Shown here one piece after another: positions 47,101 to 55,323 of a DNA stretch of 55,323 nucleotides (position 1 is the stretch's first letter; each line of letters opens with the position of its first letter). The notes below the pieces were generated by a model. The model worked only from the letters and a program-made list of their open reading frames with translations. It was not told the DNA's origin and did no database searches. The translations under genes were made by a program, and so were the position numbers. Origin of the DNA: Catajapyx aquilonaris (lineage: Eukaryota); NCBI GenBank assembly GCA_000934665.2, contig JYFJ02002534.1:1-55323 (forward strand), written 5' to 3'.

Positions 47101-48510
47101 CATCACCCTCCGAATATCTACCTGCTGACTTCGCGACCATTCCAGCCCAAATTTGATTTTCTGAAGCCCTCCCTCGCTTCCCCCATGGTGTCTCCCCATA
47201 GAATGGCAATGTGTCATATTTTCACACATCTGCTGGCCTACTGATCACATTTTGCTGGCAGCCACATACCCTTTTCCCATCCAGTTGGAAGAAATATTAC
47301 AGTTTCGAGCGAGATGAAAAGGACAGAATCCACGGAGCATAAATCCGACTCACGACACACGGCGGATGGCGCTGTATCGACCTTGAATATTGTAAAAAGC
47401 TACCTAAAAATCCGAAACAGATCCCGCCTGAAACATCCATTTGGCGCATTTGTGAGGCTATCGATTTGCGATATCGTTTGTTTATTCCGCCACACCGATC
47501 CAGAGGAATTAAACATCGATGATACTGTTCTGACCTAAATTCAACATACTATGTACAGGGTGATATCTTCCTATCGACGTTCCTCATAATTTTTCAAGCC
47601 TCATCCCATCATCCGATCTGACGCCAAGGGAATTAAACTTTTATGAAGGCGTAGAGTGTGGGCGGCATGTCCCCACGTCTCCAGTAGTTCAAAGACACAT
47701 TTTGGGATGCACGACCACGCCTACGACGACTGCAGCCACATCAAGCCTCCGGCACAGGAAAATCCACTGCCCTATAAAAATCCACCACCACCCTAACGGA
47801 ACGTGGCGGAGATTTTTTTTCTTTTCCCCNCCCCCCCCCCCCTCACTCTTTTTCCTCAGCGGACACTGAACCGCTATTCCAACCCACTGCCTGCCCTCTC
47901 AGGTTCTTTCATAGTACATCACTCTCAAAGTTTCGACTTTGATGGCATCATAGTGTCGAGAGCAGAAAAAAATATGCTGCGGGGATTGTACTTTCAGGAC
48001 CTGGGTTTATTTCAATATTTCCTCACTATGATTTTTTTTAAAAAAATAAAAAAATGAGACACCCATGCCTGAAAAAAACTGTTCAGATCAATGCGAATGT
48101 CATGGATGACCCATCTAATTTCGACATCCTTCTAACTCATCAAAAATGAATTGAATTATTAAAACGTCGGCAGGCGTGTGCCGCCTCATTTGGTGGAGAG
48201 CACTTTGCACCCCTGATGCCATTATCCTCAAGTTATTAGATTCGCCCCTGCACCTTCCCAAGTGCACGAGAGGGGACAACTTGAGTTGGCACGTGACAAA
48301 TGGACCTATAGAGAAGGTCGCACCTCCACTTTTTGGCCGCTCCTCAGTGTCCTCCAGGCAGTGTCCAGAGGCTCCATCTCGGCGATATTTCTTAAAACAT
48401 TTGTAATCTGTTTTATATAATATAAACAAGATTGGCACATCCCGTGAGCGTGATTAGAGTCGACTTTTTCATGTTTACTGCTATTGTCCCCAACGTCAGG
48501 CACGGGACTT

Positions 48511-48710
48511 GGAGGGGGGAAAGGGGCGGTCCGGGGAGAATGGGCGGTCAGGAAGAGGGGGCGGATAGAGTGAACCCGGAACCCGAAAATCGAAAAAAGT
48601 CTTATAGCACGGCTTGTCTGTCTGGTCTTTGGGGAATGGGCGGTGAGGGGTCGGGGGCAGCCAGGGGGCTCGGAAAAAGTCTTATAGCACGGCTCTGTCT
48701 GTCTGTCTTT
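48511..48710 (+). repeat. Two ~80-bp-period units, each a G-run-rich segment followed by AAAAAGTCTTATAGCACGGCT..GTCTGTCTG
   Basis: Direct repeat at 48591-48630 and 48671-48710. Both are preceded by GAATGGGCGGT and GGGG tracts. Confidence 0.7.
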
Positions 48711-51700
48711 CAGGTCTGCAAAGTCACTGTTATTAGGCCAGAGCTTTGTATGCCACCAGGCACCAGCTTCACGTAATATACGGCTCCAGGCGGATTTGAG
48801 TCAACATGTTAAACTTCCAGACCTCACGAGTCAGTGGCTAATGGGCCCCTAAGTATGGTCATGACAAATCCGCGCAAATCTGACCTCCCTGGAAACACCC
48901 GTCATTGAATACATATTACCCACAACGCCATATTCATCCCGGGCTCCCGGAATTATCCCGGATGCGTAATACCCCCCCAAAATTCATCATGGGCAGCCCT
49001 GCAAAATTTCCCCAGGGGATGTCCCCCCAATCTCCCTCCTCCATTAGGAACGTGTTTATTCCTCCACTTCAAAATCCCTGCAACCTCCATGCTCCAAACT
49101 GACTGTCCTTGTTCCCAGGAAGGAACAAACAACTCTAGAGGCTTATGAGCCAGCACAAACCTTTTGAAGCCCTTTCCCCCAAAATGAAGCCAATGAAGGA
49201 GACCGGGCGAACGAAACGAAAACCGCGGCCATTAGTAAGCGAACACCCAGAACATGCGAGGGGCTTTTGGGTGCCTGTCGAGTAGGGCGGTCCTTACTAT
49301 ATAAAAGGCAAAAAACCGCCTTTCCGGTCTGAACATCCAAACCATCCAGGAAACGGCTGTAATGAAGGGCCATAGTTCCGGTCCGTCCTTTTTAAAACAG
49401 CACGCCATTTTCTTATAAATCGAGCGAAAAAAAAAATCAGATCGATTCCCAAAAGGTCGATATCTCTCAGGAAAATTAAGCTCAGGCAGGCATAATGACT
49501 GGAAGGCACGACATTTTTGCGTAGTTGAGCACTTTCAACTTGTAAATGTGAGGAAGATCCATTAGTCGCAGCTGGAACTCTATAAACTATGCAAGGGTCG
49601 GGAAATTGGCGCAGGAAATCGAGCATGAAAGCTACTCTTGCTGATAATTAGATTCATTGCCTGCAGACTTCTGTCATTGCCATATTGTTCGCTGGTGTGG
49701 GCATATTACTTTTAATATCATAGACCTGATGGTCTACTTGCTCTTTACAGGCAATGACAGGCTGGTATTTTATTTTAAAATCAATGAATTGTTATGCCCA
49801 TTGTTGCTTCAAGTGTGTCCGATTAGCAGAGACGAAATGTCGTTTTCAAGCTGTGCTGAATTGCCCTAATTGCGACACTTTTGCTAGCAGAGCCTGGAGC
49901 AAGAGCTACACGTGCAAAACCCTATTAAACAATTACACAGTTCTACTCACTTGCTAATTTTACAGTCATGTAGGCTTTAATAAGGGGGTTAAATTAAGAT
50001 ACCTGCACGGACATGTGTTTAGTACAGGTAATTACATTCACATGCAGGTCAAGGTTATATTCACACATTTGCAGAACACATGGCAATCACATTGCCGGAT
50101 AAAATAGCAACAACATAATCAGCACCATCATCTTGGCATTTCATATAAACAACAACTAGACACGAATCATTAAGTCTTCATCTACACGTGCTTTTTTTTT
50201 CTTGAGGGTGAAAATTTTTTATTAATCAATCTTCACGACAAACTTACTCGAATAGTCGTCAGTTACAAATGCATGTCTTCGGTCACTATGTCGTCATTTA
50301 CATGATGCATCAGTATGCTACGTTTGCTCGACAAAATTATAACCGTTGTGATTTTGTCTATAGATTCATTATGTGGGAGGTTCCCATATGCTACATCTAC
50401 ACAAAGTCCATTATCTCCTGCTACCTCCTGATGCAAGGCATTGGCGACAAACGACACATCTTTTGCAAACAAATGATAACTTATCGTATATTGTCCTTGG
50501 CCAGGCGTCCTAAAATTTCCATCATGAGCCACTCTTTTAATGGGCCTTGCTTTTAAAGCCAATAAAATTATGATCTCCTTATACCACAGAATGAATTACA
50601 GTTTTAAGTCTCATTAAACTTAAGTTTGCTTATTACAATAATAATCTCACGAGATATTAAACTACACCAACAATAGGGTCCAATCATCGTCCTTTATAGG
50701 CGTCTAAAGTTTGCATTATCCTGACAAAACTGCCCGCGCAAGAATTTCTAACAGGCTCGTTACAATGTTGAGAAACTCGAGCCAGGAAATACGGTCGGAA
50801 AATCGGGTCGATTACTTCAAAACGTGTTCAAGCTTAGTTTGCGATGTGTATAATTTGGCCTGTTACCTGCAATTAGGTAAAAGCCCATACAACCGACTAA
50901 AATTACATCCTACTTTACTGTGCGAAAGGTGAGTACCCTAGGAGGAAGCCTTCCGAAAATGTGCCCACAGTACCCTTGACATCGTAATCCGGCATATTTG
51001 TATGTCACCACAAATCCTTGCGAAATAAACTGTTTGCAACGTTCGCATCGCAAAGGCCTAAACATTTACTAGCAGGAAGATTCCCCACAAACTGATAAAC
51101 ACTGTATGGCTTAACAGCTATGCACCCAGAGCCCATAAATTCAGATGTCAGCAATATGAAATAGCCACCAGCTATTCACACAGATTTTCATAATGTACAA
51201 TCCGAAACTGTACAGGCTACACGATTTTTGCCTATACCACGTATCTTTCCACAGATACAGTGTATAATTAGCTGGTCAGCAGCCTTTAATTATAACTGGC
51301 ACGCAACAATTTTAAAAGCTCTCCACAAATATTATTAACTCGTTTGCTATACTATAGCGCACGTATATTGACATGATTCATGTTTAGTTTCGTCCCGTGT
51401 CGCTTAACTGGCATCAATTTGTCACAGCGTTAGTGCCATAATGATCCGATTGCATCAGGCCACATGTCATCACATTTGAAATGTGTCGTTTTGCTTTCAT
51501 GACATTATACAAGACCTTTGCATCTACTATACTCGCAGCTGTTCCATTCCTAACCTGTCACTCTTTCTAATATTCATGGTCTCGACTTGCTCACGTTTTC
51601 TTCCAGAGGCCCCCACTTGCCTGGCGACCTCCAGAGAGAAACCTGCGTAGCCGGATCAAGCCCGCGGAAACAGATGACAGACGGGTATAAAGTAATTAGA

Positions 51701-54382
51701 CCTCCCCGGTATGCAAAGTCATATGCAACTATTCATAACCCTCAATGTACTTATATAAAATTCAGGTCGCTATTTCCATCGCACAGTCTGGGGTAGGAAC
51801 TGTACAAGGTCGTGGAAAACACGATTCGATGGTGCAATAATTATTGGCTCGTATATGAAAAGTTATTCATTAGGGCCAGAAGTGCGACTTAATCAGCTTA
51901 TAATTGCGCCTATGTTTAAGTAGGAATCGCCTTGATGTTGCACAATGAGCCGAAAGTGACGTGCAGATGCAATTAGTACATCGATTAGCCTGCAGCCCGT
52001 CAATATTTAGTTTAGTGTACATATACTACGTATCCTGCACAAACGAGGCTGTGATTAATGAACCGTGAAATCACGATTATTACGACCTCTATACTTGACT
52101 TCGAAGCTGCAGGTGAGACCTGGTTCACTTTTCATTTCTTATCGTGACAAATTGCGCACGATATTGTGCTAAAGCCAGTGGCAGAAGGGTTTTTTGAAGG
52201 TCTAACTTATACCTTTCCATATCCAACATGTTGATAACACCAGTCGCATAACGTGACCTGATCCAATTTTTTTTTTCAAAAAAAGCAACGGGTGCTACCT
52301 TTCTAACTAGAAAAGTCCCTGAAAAGCCTCACTTCACACTGGACGCTAATAATCACCATTGAAAATAAACCAACTGGTCGCTTACATCATTTCTTAAGTG
52401 GCGTGATCATACCGGGCATTCTCCTTGATCCGGCTAGTACGTGGCATGTATAAGAAAACGATTGCTTGATACATAACCCGCCACTTGGGTGTTTTCATAT
52501 ACCCTAACCAACTTCCGCATCCTCACTAAAAAAACAACCTAACATCAGACGTTCCTTTCCCTAAAACGCCCGGTTTCACACACCCACAACACGCAACAAT
52601 CTTTAGCTTTAAAAATACACCAAGGAATGCCAGCCTCGACATACCCACCCCACGCACAGTCCCTGACCACCTTTACTAAGATCCACCCTGCTCATTCACC
52701 CCCATCAATTTGCAATGGCAAAAAAAAGGCTCACCTCAATCCTTGCCTTACAACTGTCTCCAGACAATCCGTTCATCTTCATGCTTCGCCTTCACTCCTA
52801 ATATCAAACACTGCGCACCTCTCACACACCACTCCAACACCTTATCCGAGATAACCCGTCATACGCACTGACGCACACCTGAGTGAGCCCGTCTCTCTCC
52901 TGGTGACCACTCTCAGCAACTAATCGCCTGAGCACCTATGCACATTCCTGCCACTGCACCTCTCTCTATACAACTGCCAGGTGCTGGTTCGCCGCTATCT
53001 TCCAATCCCAGCCACTTTCACCCATCGGCTGTTAGCCATGCCAAGCTCGGCATTCTTTGCCAGGAGGGGCAAGGACGTCACGTTGGATGACCTGCACCCT
53101 TCTGCCGGAGGGGGTCATGCAAAGTGAGCAACGTCAAACGTGTGAAATTGGAAGATATTCATCTCACAAAAACCTCAGTATTAAAAAATAAATAAAAAAA
53201 TATTGCACTGTACCCATACACACTTGGGCGAATAATTCGTGTGTCTGAGAATACTGCATATTATTAATGTGCCGTTCATATGATGAAATAATGTGAAATC
53301 GACCCACCTTCCTAGGGTGAAGATATATTTAGGCTATAAAGGTTAACCGGATATTTGGGCTGTCGAATATGTCATGATCCTGTCGATATTTACGGGGTGA
53401 TAATGTAGTACCATCTGCATGGGGCGATTTTTCGAGCGAGGGTGCCAATTTCGTGGGGTTGCTGCACCTGCACCCAGGGGCTTCCCAACAATGGCGCGCT
53501 ACTTTCGGAAATCGCAGTACGTAATTACTAATTACACCCCCTATACGTTTTTTTTTTTTGACTAGCCAGCGTCGGTTTTTCTTTCATTCGGCAGGCAATA
53601 ATAGGGTAAAAAGACACTCCTAGGAACGGGTCAGGTTGACGACCTTCATTGTGAAGCAATGGTCTACTTCCTGGAGGAGCCACCTCCACCTCAGGGAAAC
53701 TCTACCAACCGCTTCTGCGGATGTTCTCACATGGGCATGACTGTACACCTGCGGTCTTGTGATGTACAGTATACTGTGCTGCTGGGGGCCAGTGTGCCAG
53801 GTTCAATGTGCGTACCCGACGCTCAAAAATGCGTATATACATCGACAGATAAAAACATTGCTAACATTCTTCTAGGTGTTTTTTTTGTCGCAGATGAAAG
53901 AATATGTGATACGCGTGTGTACCAGATCACATTGGAAATATCTGGCCGACATTACATTCCACGATGCATATTATTTTCACGTGTTACCTGTGCAGTAGCA
54001 CGGTTCAATGAACGGCGACACTCCTCGTAAACATCAAGGCACGTACTGTACGTGTATAAAGGTGACTCATGCATACTACTGGTTTTACGCCGCCTTTTAA
54101 AAGCGTGCGTCAATGGACCTGGCATCATCTATCTTCTTATATCAGATTAATCGATGTGAAATCTAACAAGATGCGATAACTGCTGCTGACTCGATATGGC
54201 ACACAATTATGCCGCTCAATGATACATACCCCTATGATAATCCCTATCTTATTTTCAAATTCCCGTCTTTATTATTTCCTTATTGGTAACACTGAAAATG
54301 AAGACCTGGACAAAATTCGCATAAAATATATCCTATAGGAGCCAGAAGCCAACTTTTTCCGCAGGAGACGTTATGTCGTCAG

Positions 54383-54436
54383 TCCCGAGGATCGAACTCA
54401 GGACCTCACGGCCACAAAGCCTTCTGGGTATACGAT
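54383..54436 (-). pseudogene. Degenerate tRNA-derived fragment (possible SINE head or tRNA pseudogene)
   Basis: Minus strand GAGGTCCTGAGTTCGATCCTCGGG forms a T-arm/B-box (CTGAG-TTCGATC-CTCGG). No intact D-arm or acceptor stem. Confidence 0.3.
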
Positions 54437-55323
54437 AATATTCCGCAACATTAAAAATCACATATGACCGGATGCATCTTATCAATTCTCTCTTGAAATA
54501 ATCCCTGAAGGCGTCTCGCTTCCGACGCGACTGACTAATCATCCTCCTACCAATGAATAGTAAACTTACGCACCTTATGCCACAAATATCAAAGTTCACA
54601 CAGCGCCTATCTAATCAGCTATATCTACAATGATCGCCTACGAAAAAAAAAAAAAAGTACAGCACCACTCCAAATACTTCCTTACACCTCCGCCCAATCC
54701 TACAAGGTTGCCAGGTGAAAGTGAATCTCCAACCTTGAGTGTTTCAACGTCACCAACGAAGCCCGAATTGCACTTTTCCTGGGCCGGGTGGACCTCTATC
54801 CCCCTTATCCCACCATCCAAACTTCCTAGATTGTATATCCCGGTGGACACCAGCGGCGAAGACGACATAAAAGGAACGATAAGAGAATTTTTCTGGTCCT
54901 TTTGGCACCTTGCGTGAGGGACTCCAAAAGGCGGGAATTAAAGGGAACACGTTCCACTCTTCGCTCATCACCTTGGAGGCCGCCAAGAAAACTTGAGACT
55001 GGTACAAACACCAAGGGACTTCCCTTGCTTTTTCATTCCGAACAGAGTTTCCAACCCTCAGGTGCCTTTTACAGTACATTTGCGGCTACGGAGGGAAATG
55101 CCCTCAGGATGTCCATCAGATGAACGTTCAAAGTGCGACAAGTTATGTACACAAACCTATAGCTCGCAAAAATGATTTAAATGCATATTCACACCGCACA
55201 ATACAGGTAGCCTCTAGAACAAAGATGGCCAATTTACAGTTATGCATCTGAAATATATGCAGCTCCCGTATTTCCTTGTCCTCAATTTCTTCGCAGAAAT
55301 AATTAGCTTTAATTAATGCCCCC

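Overview
Eukaryotic genomic DNA from an animal, probably an arthropod or other invertebrate, with short GT-AG introns. The first ~22 kb holds four spliced protein-coding genes whose exon chains I reconstructed in frame. ERCC5/XPG (minus strand, 5' part only) lies head-to-head with CDC23/APC8 (plus, ~579 aa). Next is a long-chain acyl-CoA synthetase of the ACSL3/4 type (plus, ~714 aa), convergent with a GCKIII-family Ste20 kinase, STK24/25/26-like (minus, start exon not adjacent). The remaining ~33 kb (22.3-55.3 kb) has no recognisable conserved protein. It is best read as the kinase's very large first intron or upstream region, and it contains several ATG-initiated, phase-0, donor-terminated candidate alternative first exons. 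Other notable signals: a U12-type (minor spliceosome) intron and stacked uORFs in ERCC5, candidate alternative first exons for ACSL, a Helitron-like double-hairpin end, a hAT-like MITE with a nested retro-insertion, a GATATC-rich MITE/minisatellite, an 80-nt hairpin fully paired only on the kinase sense strand, and a 485-bp duplication at an N that is probably an assembly artefact. I found no convincing wholly new protein system. The most novel-looking candidates concern isoform architecture and RNA structure.
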